Assembly (NCBI GenBank): GCA_024679065.1
Contig: JAGIQG010000040.1
Span: 10,292,001 to 10,356,000, forward strand
Source of the DNA: Sphyrna mokarran
Lineage: Eukaryota
Reading direction: 5' to 3'
DNA length: 64,000 nt
This document shows positions 39,185-51,914 of the stretch, piece after piece. A program made the translations under genes and the position numbers. The notes beneath the pieces are model-generated. The model had not been told where the DNA came from and ran no database searches. It saw only the letters and a list, made by a program, of their open reading frames with translations. The stretch's first letter is position 1. Every line of letters begins with the position of its first letter.

Positions 39185-42100
39185 AAAGCCAACTAAACTC
39201 CGAATGCCTGCTAACTCACTATACAAGAACCTCAACATGGATACTGCCTGGGTTATCCACGATCCTGAAAACAATTAGCTGGGAAAATCATAAGCTTGTG
39301 TCTCTGTTCTCATCTGTTCTTGGATACACAGAAGCAAGTTTTACAGAGACTTTTTTTTTACAGAAATCTTAATATTACAAAGTTCATTAACCCGTTCCCT
39401 GCTTCAACTGGTACATAAGAAGGAGGATAGCTTTAGTTCACTGGAGGATAGAACTGGCTGGCCAGCTGAGCTGATCTATTGCAAACGGCTTCAGCTGCTG
39501 AGTTGCTGCATCAACCCTTTCATTTATGCAGGGCCCCAGAGCAAATTCAGGGAAAAGTTAAAGAATGGGGTGAAATATCCTTTGTTTCTAATTGGTAAAT
39601 TATATAAGAGATGAAAAGAATAAAATCAAACATCATTTTAACATTGTAGTCCCCCTGGTCTGATTTGTGTCCATGGACTCACTTCCTATATGCATGTTCT
39701 CTCTCTCTATAATCCTGACTAACACAGCGAATTCATGAATGTTTAATAATATTGTGCCCAAAGCATATTGTCCATTCTCAATTATTTTCAAGTTCAGTTG
39801 TTCATGATGAGTTTGGTCTTGTGCTTTCCCATCGGTTTTGGTTTGCCTCTGAATTTTTCATTCATATGAGGAACGTAGAACAGGACCTCTGATGAGCAAG
39901 TGGATGTCAAATTTAAATGTTTATTAATTCCACTTAGTTCCTTCCAAGGAACAGTTTGGACATTCAGTGCATGGCAGACTCGAAACAATCACTCCCTGAA
40001 AACGTTTGGATAATAATGCTGATTTTTGGAAGAATATTCTTTATAAAACAAAACATTACCAAAAATAAATATTATACAAGCATAATACTATATTCAATGT
40101 TGGCTGCACACGCCAGAATTTTGTCTTATCGCATCCTCAGCGTTTGATTAGACTGTTGTCCGAAAACCAACCATTCAGCAACAGGCCGATAGGTTAGACA
40201 AGATTCACTCCAGTGGTGGAGAATGTTTGGAACCATTGGACCAAATTCAAATGCTATCTCCCTCCCCAAACAAAGATGTACGTGTCACATTTCATGTCTC
40301 CAATTCCACACACAATATTTCCCAGAAGTCTGTGCTTTAAAGTAATGTTTAATTTGAATGGTCAGTATCAATTTTAAAGATCTCCTCTCTGTTACTCACA
40401 AATAACTATTGATTTCACATCATGGCATGTGAATTTCCCACGAGAAGGTTGCGTGCATCCTCCAGATCACTTAACAGGGAAATTTTGCATATTTTTACCA
40501 CAGTTCGTCCAATTAGATAGAACAAAGAACAAAGAACAAAACAGAACGGGAAACAGGCCCTTCGGCCCAATGAGCCCGGGCCGCCACCACGATGTTCCCA
40601 TCTCTACCCGCGATCTCTGTCCATGTTTATAAATCTATGGATTAAAAACCAAATTTGAGACAATTGAGGGAGAATTTGTTTTGCCAATTAGCCTAAGAGC
40701 ACATCTTCGGGATGTGGGAGGAAACCGGAGCTCCCGGAGAAAACCCACGCAAGCACGGGGAGAATGCGCAAACTCCCACAGATATTGCAAAATGGAGAGT
40801 AAACTATCATTGCACCTTCCTTGCTGTCAGGAGAACTGGTGCAATGTGTATTATTTGCCTTTAGATACGAGTCAAATCTCTCCCCTAAGCTATGTGTTGC
40901 GTTTTATTCTGTCTTCAGTTAGGAGCTATAATCTTCTGCAATTTACAGAATTGAACACATTAATTTCAGTTCCATTGCTGAAGTAACTTATAACATGGCA
41001 TAATTACGTCATTTTACAGTCTCAATGTTGTCATTTGACTGCACCACAACGTCAGATGTCCATATTTATTGTAATGACTTACTGTCAATCAGAAACCATT
41101 GATGCCTCATTTTTCCTGAAAATTACCTTTTCTTTGTCTCCTATGACTTGTTTCAGAATTATTGATTGCATGTGACATGACAAGCGCTTCTGCACATTTA
41201 ATAGAATCAGTCCCTGATCTGTCCAATTTCTAAGTGTTTTTTTTCTCTCTGTTTCGTTTTATGCTTTCAGTATCGTGATCTATCATCTCCGGTATGTTTT
41301 CTTGCTATACCTGCGATTGTCCTTTCGTGATCTACCCCGGAACAATTAGTTGCTGGACATTAATAGCGCATTTAATTTATTCTCTATTTTTGAGACACAT
41401 AGCACACAAATAATAATTCTTCCTTCCATAGTTGTATATTTTGATATCAATTAAATCACCTTTACATTGTGTGTTATCTCCGAGTAGTGTCAGCATACTT
41501 AGATAGGCAACTCTCTATTTCTTCACCACACGACACGCCTTTTTCAACTGAATGCATTTAATTCGTTTCCATTGCCTCCAGCGTGCTAAGTCTTTTGTTT
41601 GTTTGTCATTATCACCCTGGCAACCACTATACAAGCTAACGGCAGATATCCACCTATCTAACTGTTTTCGTCCTTGAACGCTGTAGTTGTTGTTAGAAGC
41701 ACAAGTTCATTGACAACACGGGGCAGTTTATGACTAACTCTTAATGGTCGTCTATCACTCATTCATATATGACTTAAATTCATAAAATGAATTTGGACTC
41801 AATTTAACACAATGGACTGAACTTAACACATACATGCTCTGCCGAGGAGAAAAATTAGAAAAGTGAACAAGTGTTCAAATCAGGACCAAAGAGCATTGCG
41901 AAGAAAAAGAGTAATGAAATGAACAAGTATATTGTAACACATCCGTTCTCGATGGGGATTGGCCTCCAATACTGATTAGATAAAAACACAAAAAGGCAAC
42001 AGCATAACTGCACGAATACGAAATATGTAAGTGGCGTGAGTATTCGTTATTGGAACAAACCAGGTTGTCATGATATGAAAAGGTGGAAGGAAAATATCAA

Positions 42101-42699
42101 GTTAAATAACTTAAAGTACAAAGCCATACATTTACGAATGAAATTTGAAGTAATCAGGGATCTGCTCCAATTGGTTTCCTCTGTGAATTTTATAATCATC
42201 CAGCAAAGAGATAGATAAACATTGCTGCTTTCCCGGGTGAACTCCAGCATCACAGCTCAAATTGAGACTTCCTCTATCCCGCTTAGTTAATCTCACAATG
42301 AAGTCAGATAGTTTAGCGTCTGATTCAGTGAGAAGTTTTCTTGACACTTAACCCGAGAGTTTTATCCAGAAATGAATAATATTTCTGTCAGTTTACACCG
42401 TTAAATCTGACCCATTACTGCGCAGATTTTACCTTGTATCACCAGCTCCACTGTTGCCACTTTGCATCTTTCACTGTCTGTGTTTGTTCCCATCCTCTTG
42501 CCCCTGTGACATTTCAAGTTCAGAAGAATACCTACATATTTTATTCCACTGATGCTGACAGAGTTGCTTTCGACCAGGAAGTATTTCAGGATTACTTATC
42601 AAAAATATTTTTTTTAACTTATCAAAACCAGACAGCAAGCCTGCAAGAGCCAAACACGAATCACTGGAGCACCAAGCTGGCAGGGAGTTTAGGAAAGTT

Positions 42700-43408
42700 G
42701 TAGAACATCGAGGTCTAGGGCAACATGGTCAGAGCTCATTGAAAATGGAGTCACAGGTGGACATGTTGTTGAAGAAGCCATTCGACATGTTTAGTTTCAT
42801 TGGCCAAAACATTGAATGCAGGGGTTCTACAAGACATTGGAATACTGTGCCATGGTATAACTCTGATAGTATTTTTACGGACGGTATGTTCTGGTCACCC
42901 TATTATAGAAAGGATATTATTAAACTAGAAGGAGTGCAGAAAATGCTTCCAGGATTTTCCTGGAAGCGAGGATGCTTCCAGGACTTGATGGTTTGAGTTA
43001 TAAGGACAGGTTGAAGAGACTGTTTTTTTTTCCCTGAGCATAGAGGGCTTCGGGATTATCTTATTGGCGTCTATGAAATAGTGTGAGGCATAAATCAGCT
43101 GGATAGTCAATATTTTTCCCGATTGTAGGGGAGTCTAAAACATAGGCTTAAGGCGAGAGAGAGAGATACAAAAAAGATCCAGAGGGGCTCTTTTCACACA
43201 AAAGTGTGAGTGTCTGGAACAATCTGCCAGAGGTATTAATAGAGGCGGGCACAATTTTGCATTAAAATCTCTTAGGCAGTCACATGAGTAAGATGGCTAT
43301 GGAAAGATACGGACCAAGGGCGGACAGTTGGGACTAGTGGGAAAAAGGCGTTATGGACATGGTCGGCCGAAAGGCCTGCTTCCATTCTGTAGACCTCTGT
43401 GACTCTAC
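42700..43408 (+). mobile_element. degraded CR1-like LINE
   Basis: FWSPYYRKDIIKLEGVQK fragment and 3' tail. Confidence 0.75.
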
Positions 43409-44415
43409 CAGATACTGATTACAAATGGGTCAGCCTCCGATTTAAATGGATAAAGGAAATATCATTATGCTGGGTTATAAAATGCGATTGACTGAGCAAC
43501 TTGTCTGGAATTATGATTGTGGAATATTTACTGAATGTAATTTATTTTTTAAACTAATATGAGCCGGGTATGATCGATAAGAAAATCTAGAGAATGAAAG
43601 AAAATGATAAGAAAATCTATAATTGATCTGTTATTGATTGTACACGTTAAATTCACTGGAAAAGTCCTGCCGCTCTGTTCCAGAGCCACTTATCCCTTTT
43701 GGTCATCTCTAAGCAACTGCTTGTTGTGTTTTTGTTTTAAATAAACCTTACATCTTTACTCAGATATATCTGCCTCGTTAGTTTTATATGTTCTGCAATT
43801 AAAGACAGTATTGGTGATTTCAAATTATCCCATAATACTCGCCATAATTTGGAAATGTGTAATTTATTATGTACTTACGTCAAAAACACCTCAGTCTCTT
43901 GGTTTCCCGTCATGATTTGCACCTCTGCTCTGTATATGTTCTCTTGCTTGTGGTATGCTTGTCTTTCATGTATTTCAACGGACGAAATATAGGGAGATTC
44001 ACACTGTTAACCCACACTGCAGCGACTCTAATCGTGTTTTTTTTAAAGGGGCAGTATAAATTAAACTATCTTCTGCCATACACTATCCTGCATCGGCCTC
44101 TGATGGAGCAAAACCTTTGCTTTTTAGAATTACCTGCAACTGGGTCAATGACAGAATAATTTATGAGAGAAATCACCAAGGTTTTCCTTATTCTTCATTC
44201 GTTTTGTCTCTGGATTTTATCAGAAACAAAGCAGAGATGAATGTGCATTTACACGGACGGCTCACCTGGTAGCGCAGTGACTCTTCCACTAAAGGCGGGG
44301 GGAACATGCCTGCCTGGGAAAGGAGGGGTGGTGGGGGGCGGGGTAATAGGGAAAATTGAGCAGAGGTGATAGATTTTGGAGAACGGAATTAAGCCAAGCC
44401 AGACTTGGTTAAAGT

Positions 44416-44421
44416 TTTATT
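44416..44421 (-). terminator. polyadenylation signal of the right membrane-IgM transcript
   Basis: AATAAA at the position equivalent to 2071-2076. Confidence 0.6.
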
Positions 44422-44970
44422 CGATATTTATTTTAAAAAATTCAGAGAAAATTTTACAGGGATTTTTTTTTTAAAGTTCGGAAGATGAATACAACGATCC
44501 AGAGAACAGAACACATGCAGAGGGAATCCATCAATATTTGTACATCTGTTACATACATCAGAAAGAGAAAATAGGACCCTGAGAGAAAGAGGAATTAATA
44601 AATGGTATAAAGAATGAAAGAAAATCTTATTTATACAAGATATTTAAACTAGAAGAAAAGTAATAACCGCAATTACATTATAACACAGAAATACTTCGTA
44701 CTTTTCACACTGAAAACTGAAATAACGCCTATAAATAGACTCAGTTACAGGTTTAGAAGATAAACTGACATAATTTTACTGACAGAATGACCGAGAGCTG
44801 ATATTGCATTTGAGCCATACAGAGATATTGATAATCAGCTGAGGGAAATCTGCAGGGTCCAAAATTCAATCCATCATTTGATCTGTAAAAGAAAGGTACA
44901 ATATTGAAGCAGATATCTATGATGCCGGACATTAACGTTAGAGTTTTTAATCAGAGAAACATTGAGAGAT

Positions 44971-45920
44971 AGAACATAGAACATAGAACATTACAGCGCA
45001 GAACAGGCCCTTCGGCCTTCGATGTTGCGCCGACCAATTATGAAAAAAGCAATGACCCTCCAAACTAAACCATTCCCTTCTCTTCCATAAACTTATCAAC
45101 GAACCTCTTAAACGCCACCAAACTTGGCGCATCTACAACTGCCGCAGGCAGGGCATTCCACTCCCTAACCACCCTCTGGGTAAAGAACCTCCCTCTGATA
45201 TCCGTCCTATAACTATCACCCCTTAATTTAAAGCTGTGTCCCCTCGTGCTAGCTTTCTCCATCCTAGGAAAAAGGCTATCACTATCCATCCTATCTAAAC
45301 CTCTAATCATCTGATATGTTTCGATAAGGTCTCCTCTTAGCCGCCTCCTTTCTAACGAAAACAACCTCAAATCCCTCAGCCTCTCTTCATAAGACCTGCC
45401 CTCCATACCAGGCAACATCCTGGTAAACCTCCTCTGTACCCTCTCCAATGCCTCCACATCTTTCTTATAATGTGGGGACCAGAACGCACACAATACTCCA
45501 AGTGCGGCCGCACTAGAGTTTTGTACAGTTGCAACATGACGTTGCGGCTCCGAAATTCAATCCCCCTACCAATAAAAGCTAAGAATCCGTATGCCTTCTT
45601 AACAACCTTATCGACTTGATTGCCAACTTTCAGGGATCTATGCACATATACACCAAGATCCCTCTGTTCTTCAACACTATTAAGAGTCCTACCATTAGCC
45701 CTATACTCTACACATTTGTTATTCCTGCCAAAGTGAATTACCTCACACGTTTCCACATTAAACTCCATTTGCCACCTCTCAGCCCAGCTCTGCAACTTGT
45801 CCAAGTCTCTCTGCAAACTATAACGCCCCTCTTCACTATCTACCACTCCACTGACTTTAGTGTCATCCGCAAACTTACTAATCCATCCGTCCAATCCAAA
45901 CTTACTAATCCAATCCATCC
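44971..45920 (-). mobile_element. young CR1/HER1-like LINE inserted in the TM-exon 3' UTR
   Basis: FADDTK and C-terminal motifs; absent from the paralogous UTR at ~1500; ATC on both flanks. Confidence 0.93.
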
Positions 45921-45965
45921 GATTTTCACATCCGTTCTGTCAGTTTGAAATGTGAGTGGATTGAA

Positions 45966-46102
45966 TCATCTCACCTTCACCAGAGTGACCGCAGTGCTGT
46001 AGAAAATGCTCAGGAAGAACAGGACGATGAATGTGGAAGCAGTTGTCCAGATGTTGCTGTTATCATCCTCATTGTCTTCAATCCAGATGTGGTTGGTGGA
46101 GT
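45966..46102 (-). CDS. ighm: IgM heavy chain transmembrane/cytoplasmic exon
   Basis: Acceptor ccccctag|; [45 protein letters not shown]. Confidence 0.92.
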
Positions 46103-48547
46103 CTAGGGGGTGGAGAACAGGCATTGAAATTAGATTACTTTATTTATCCAGGGAATCGTATTGTTACTTTTCTTTTCCTGTTCTCCTTCATAAGCTGTTA
46201 ATTTATTCTCTTGTATAATTTCCAATGTATATTTACTGTTAAGTTCAGAACACTCAGTAACCGATCTCTATAACTCTTTTCTCACTTGATCTTTGTTGAC
46301 ATTCTTGGGCAAACCATGTCAGAAATCACTGATGATGTTGTCTTGAGTATTAGTTCATACTGAACTATTTGCCACTAACCTTTATTAAAGGATATTATGA
46401 CTGATGGGGAGGAACCCTCACTGATCAATGACTGTTTCCACAGATGGTTACTGATCTGTAAATTGTGAATGTTGCTTTTTAAGAGATGGATGTAATTTCT
46501 GATCTTTTCCCATTCTTGGTGGAAATGGCCAATAGATCATCAGCATAAATGCAGTTTCTCAACGTGTTTGTCAATGCAATTTGCGTTTGTGTGCGTATGC
46601 ATGAGCATCTCGTGGCCTGCAACAAGTTTTGGTCCTGAATTAATACGTGTCTTTGAGGGTTAATGAACGTGTTCATTTGTCTGTGTTTGTTGATTTGCGT
46701 ATGTTTGTTGTGTGTGCGCGTCTGTGTACATTTTATTTTTCTGACAATGTGGATGTATTGATCTTATTGTGTGTAGCCTATGCATGTTTTGTATTGACAC
46801 TCACAATGTGTGCATACATTCATATCTATTTCAATGTGTTAATTTCTGTCACACGAGTATGGTTTCCTTCACATTCTGTGTACGTCTATTCCTCCGTCTG
46901 TTTGTATGAGTGTCTGTTAACATGTTAGTGCATGCATATCCGTGTTGATTGTTCTTCATATGTACATTTGTATTTCCGTGTATAGCAATGTGTTCTGTTT
47001 TGTATGAACATGCTAAAAAACATAAAGTTTTGCGTATAAACGTGTTGCTCTCTGTTCATCTGTGTGCTTTTAACGAATTGTGCATGCATATTTGCGTGTT
47101 CGAGTGTGAATGTGAAGGACATTTTGTGTCTCTGTATCTATATTCCTTCAGCGTGAGCGTGTGATAATATATTTATTTATTTGTGTGCATGTGTGTGTGT
47201 GTGTGTGGATCTGCATGCATGTGCATCTGTCTGCAATGTATGTAGTCATGTATCTGTTTGAGCTTTGGTCTGTCTACCTATTTGTGTGTGCATACATGTG
47301 TGTGTGAACTTGTGTGTGTTTTTTTCTATATGTCTGTGTTTGTACATATTGGATTATTTGTGTGCATGCTGTTTTCTTTCTGCTTGTTTGTACATATGTC
47401 CGTATTTGTGTACGCGTGTATGTGTGTGTGTGCATGCCTATATGCGTATTTATAATTATGGCACTTCTGCGCAGTATTGTCAGAGTGTGTATATTTTGTC
47501 TGTTGCTCCAATCACCGTAATCATTAACTGAACATCATCCAGTCAATCCGAATAATGGAGGACATTTTCAAAGTTTTACTGTATTAACTTATTTTATGTG
47601 AGAGGCATGGTGATATCAGGAGAGCGAATGAAATAATTCAATGATCCATCTCAGAAACATCAGGGACAGAACAGTGAAAACCGGGGAGAATTCTACCAGT
47701 TGTTTAAATTTGTATTATGGGAAATCAATGCCAGCACACGATTAAAAGGAACAGGAGTGTTGAAACTTTAAAAAAAAATATGTTGAGTAAGTAAATACAT
47801 ATAAAGATAATGATAATTCAAAATCCACCAAGCAACCCAGAAGCTAATTTGGACTGTTGGCAACTGAGTCCTTATAGTGGCGAGCTGATCCCTTCCAAAC
47901 ACTCTACTTGGGAGAGGGAAGAGAATGAGCTCAGAGTTTCCTCTCTCGACACGGTGAAGCAATGTCTCTGATGATTTTAACCACTGAGGAGGGGGAGGTA
48001 CAATGGATTAAATAATGACATTCCTCCTCTTTTCATTGAAGAAGTGGTGGTACATGGGTTAGTTATCGCTCCCCCCCTCTCTTTGTTGAGTGAGTAGGAA
48101 TCCGGTATGTTAACAATTTCACTCTCCCTCTCTCTGATGGGAGAAATTATTGCTCCATGTTTCTGTGTGCTCCTCATTTCAGTTCCCAATGGATGTGATG
48201 TGGCAGGTTAAAGCTGGCATCAATGGATAAAGACATGGGCAATGAGAGAAGCAGAAACAACAGAACTAAGTGTTGTGTTTGTCAGAAATGTTGAAATTGT
48301 CGGAATTTTCCTCAGAGGGAGGAAATTCGGTGAATTTGTTTTACAGAATCCTGTCATGAATGTGCTCTACTCTATCCCTAACCCAGCGTGTATCTGAGCT
48401 GTGCGCACTGGTTTATTAAAAATTAGGTCCAAGACCTAAAAATATCTGACTCAAACCAAAGATATGCAATGGAAGTAAAACTGAAAAAAAAACACAGTCA
48501 ATTAAGCGATTGGGTATTTCATTTATCGTTCGAGGAAAAATATTATT

Positions 48548-48553
48548 TTTATT
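48548..48553 (-). terminator. polyadenylation signal of the secretory form
   Basis: AATAAA ~28 nt after the secretory stop codon. Confidence 0.7.
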
Positions 48554-48580
48554 GAAGTATTTAATGTAACCGAGTGATTC

Positions 48581-48972
48581 TCATTGACATGAATTAACGG
48601 TGTCCATCAGCGCAAGGGAAATGTTCACAAAACTGGGTTTACCGCTGGATTTGTCAACTGTTCTGTTGATGATCTTCAAGGGGATGACTTCATGTCCCAC
48701 CACACAGGAGTAAGAAGCGCCGCTGGACCATTCCTCTGCTGCAATGGATAACAGGCTGTACATGAAGAAGGAGTTATTGCCGTTCTCCGCCACCACGTCG
48801 GTGTTCCTGTAGTTCCCGGGATTCACCGGCTTGTCGTTGACGGTCCACTTGACGAAGATCTCTCGCGGGGAGAAACCTTTCACCAAGCAACTGAGGGAGA
48901 CGAATCTCTGAGCGGAGACTTCTTCTGCCGAGGGCAGGAGGACAGAGACGAACGGCTCCCGTGGATTTGGAT
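48581..48972 (-). CDS. ighm: IgM CH4 exon plus secretory tail (internal donor G|GTAAAC at 48643 for the TM splice)
   Basis: ttctgcag|; [15 protein letters not shown]...[17 protein letters not shown]...YSCVVGHE...[24 protein letters not shown], with NxS sequon and penultimate Cys. Confidence 0.95.
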
Positions 48973-49414
48973 CTGCAGAAAATGTACAATAAATGTCATT
49001 AAACTGGAGAATTCTGAAGACAACGAAACCGCTTGTTAGATATCAGGAAAGTGTGCTTCGCTTTCGATTTTAAATGTTTCCTTTTTTTTTTACTTCCAGC
49101 TTGGACGAGAGGTGAACACAATTGTTTTCTATTGCTATTTGACCCAACTACTATGTTTTTCTTTAATTTGCCTTCATTAAATATGATCGTCCTTTTTTAA
49201 AAAAAAATCTAAACCCAATAACACCGCCTTCAGTTCACTTTTCATTCACCAAAAACATCACATTTCCGCGTAAAAATAACTACCGGCCCAGATTCTTTTA
49301 GTTAGTAGAGTTTCCACTCAGGGGAGACCATTAATGCACTGAACACTAAATATTGACAACTATACTTACAAATAGAGACAGTAACACATTTATTGTTTCA
49401 ATGTCTCAGCTCAC

Positions 49415-49723
49415 CTGTTTCCTTGTGGATGGATGTTCTTAAAGGAGTCGGCAGATCCTGATGGCTCACCACGCATTCAAACACAACCGTGCTCAGCCAG
49501 GCTTGTGTCGAGGTGTTTAATTTGCTGATCACGCTGTCAGGTTCGGCTCCAGGCTTTTCGGCAATCTCCGATTTCAAATACTTCCCCTCTCGGATCCAGG
49601 ACACGTTAACTCCATAAGGAGCATTGGAAATGATGCAGGTTAAAGTCACGGTTGCCTCCAGTAAGACCTGCTCTATTGATGGGGGTTGTATCTTCACTGT
49701 GGCATCATGGCACTGGGAAGGAT
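49415..49723 (-). CDS. ighm: IgM CH3 exon
   Basis: ttcacag|[16 protein letters not shown]...LTC...VSW...[13 protein letters not shown]...|gtgag. Confidence 0.93.
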
Positions 49724-50164
49724 CTGTGAATGAAAAATGAAAATCAACCTTAGATCCGTCTTCAGAGCCAGGACAGCAATCTTCAGCCTGAAGAAGATGA
49801 AGTCGCCTGCAATATATCAATCTCTAACTATCACCTTTCAATTTCAATGGATTACGAAAAACCAGCTTGCTCTATTAAATTATTCAATTTATTAAAGTAT
49901 TGTAGCAGTATCATTTTCATGAATCAGCATTGCAGGATTTCCAAAGAAATACACCATCCTGAACTCAGGGAAAAAAATATACTGGTCATTGATTTATAAA
50001 TATGGTGGATGCCCTTTCCAAAATTTTACCCCTAAGCTATGAGCTGTGAAACAGTCTGAAACCTACTATCTCTCCAAATCTTACCAGCTGTCTCAGGAAA
50101 AGGTGACATCAAGGCCGCCTCACTCACTATATTACTTCAAACCGGAAGGAAACTCTCTTTCAAG

Positions 50165-50440
50165 GGGAGACAATGGCATATGGTATTCTCAATGACTTGT
50201 AACCTAGGACAGGAATCTAGAGGCATAGATTCGAATCTCATCATTGCAAATATGAAAACTGAATTCTATAAAAGTCTATAATTAAAAGTTCAAATGATTA
50301 TCATGAAGCTATTGCTGTAAAATCTCTCCAAGTTCACAAATCCTCTTCAGCAAAGTAAATCGCTGCCCTTATCTGGCCTGGCATGCATGTGATTCCATAT
50401 TCACAACAACGTGGTTGACACTTAAGTGCCCTCAGGTTTG
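50165..50440 (+). mobile_element. DeuSINE (SacSINE1-like) in the CH2-CH3 intron
   Basis: Similar to 18945-19230 (cacaacaacgtggttgacacttaagtgccctc). Confidence 0.5.
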
Positions 50441-50637
50441 GCAAATAAATGCACATTTCATGACAGAATAAGGAACAATTGCTTTTCTGGTGAAATGCTG
50501 AACGAAGGATTGTCCTAATGCAGCAAACGACATGACAATAACTTAGAAATTGTTCTATTGTTTGTACCACTTTAATAGATCCCTAATTCCGATTAACATC
50601 GGAATGATATATTTCGTCCTCTATTTGAGCCTCTTAC

Positions 50638-50943
50638 CCACAGATCCACTGATGTTCTGACTCTGGGTGAATCCTTGATGAGTGACCTGGCAGGCATAGA
50701 CCGCATTGCTGAACCATTCCCGAGCGGAGACTGTGAGCCGACTGCTGGCCGAGAAGTTTCTGTTCACTTGACAGGCAGGAGAGGTGACAATTCCTGAATC
50801 TATGGGTTGTCCATTCTTCAGCCACTTCACCGTCATTGACGCTGGCTGGAAATCAATGATTGAACAGACGATAGTTGCTAATTTCCTGCTTGTGATTTCT
50901 TCACTGGAACTCACGGTGAGGATAACGGTTGGTGGGATGTCAC
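50638..50943 (-). CDS. ighm: IgM CH2 exon
   Basis: gttgaag|..[12 protein letters not shown]...[10 protein letters not shown]...VKWLKNG...YACQVTH...|gtaag. Confidence 0.92.
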
Positions 50944-51224
50944 CTTCAACAAATACATGTTTAGACGTTACTTGAAGATTCAATTAACAACAATTCAAAT
51001 TAGTTATTCTATTTCAGCACCAAAACTGCCGATTTTGGAATTATATCCATGGTTTTGTTGAACTGTTGGGGACATGCGAGTGGAATTAAACCGTCAAAAG
51101 TGTCACACAATGCGTTTGTGGCAGGTAAACAAAACAAGGAAATATTCAATAAAGCAGAAGGTTGAGACAGATTGAGGAAATGCAAGACCTTGTAGTGCAT
51201 GTCCACAGTTGCTTGTAGATGGTA

Positions 51225-51760
51225 GGGCAACTGGACAAGATGATCAGGAAGCATTTCGGATTAATTCCTCCAATGTGTGAGGTATTGAACACAAAATCAG
51301 TGATGCAATGGTGGAGCTGTATAGAACACTAGTTAAGCCATGTTTGGAGTTTACTGCACAATTCTGGCCACCACAGGAATGACGTAATGACTCTGGAGAG
51401 CGACGAGGTTTACAAAAATGTTGCCATGGGCTGAAAATTGCAGCCATGAGGCAGGACTGGATAGGCAGGGGTTGTTCTCACTAGAAAAAGAGGAGGCTGA
51501 GGCGTGACGTAATTATGATTCACAAAATTATAAGGGACGTAGGTAGAAATCATTCATTCTCCAAATGCCAGGTTCAATTATTGGGGGGCATGCTCATTTC
51601 AAAAATATCTGGATCTGCATCTCAAGTGCACCTGCAAGGCTACGAAACAAGGACTAGAAAGTGGGCTTAAAATGCATGGCTAATGAATTTGTTCTTCCTT
51701 CTGGCCAGCACAGATATAATGGGCTAAATGTTCTCTTTCTGCACCGCAACATTTCAATGG
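51225..51760 (+). mobile_element. old CR1-like LINE fragment in the CH1-CH2 intron
   Basis: Degenerate LYRTLV/QFW nucleotide motifs and tail. Confidence 0.55.
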
Positions 51761-51914
51761 TTCTCTGATGTTGAGCAACTTTTCAGTCAGTAGACATTTA
51801 CTTGGATTTTGCACAGTTTATTTTTTTTTCAGAATGCTACGACTCTGTTATAGCTAAGGCTTTATACAGTCCAACCACAGCGCCCCTCTCTTACCAAGGT
51901 TTCACAACACTTAC

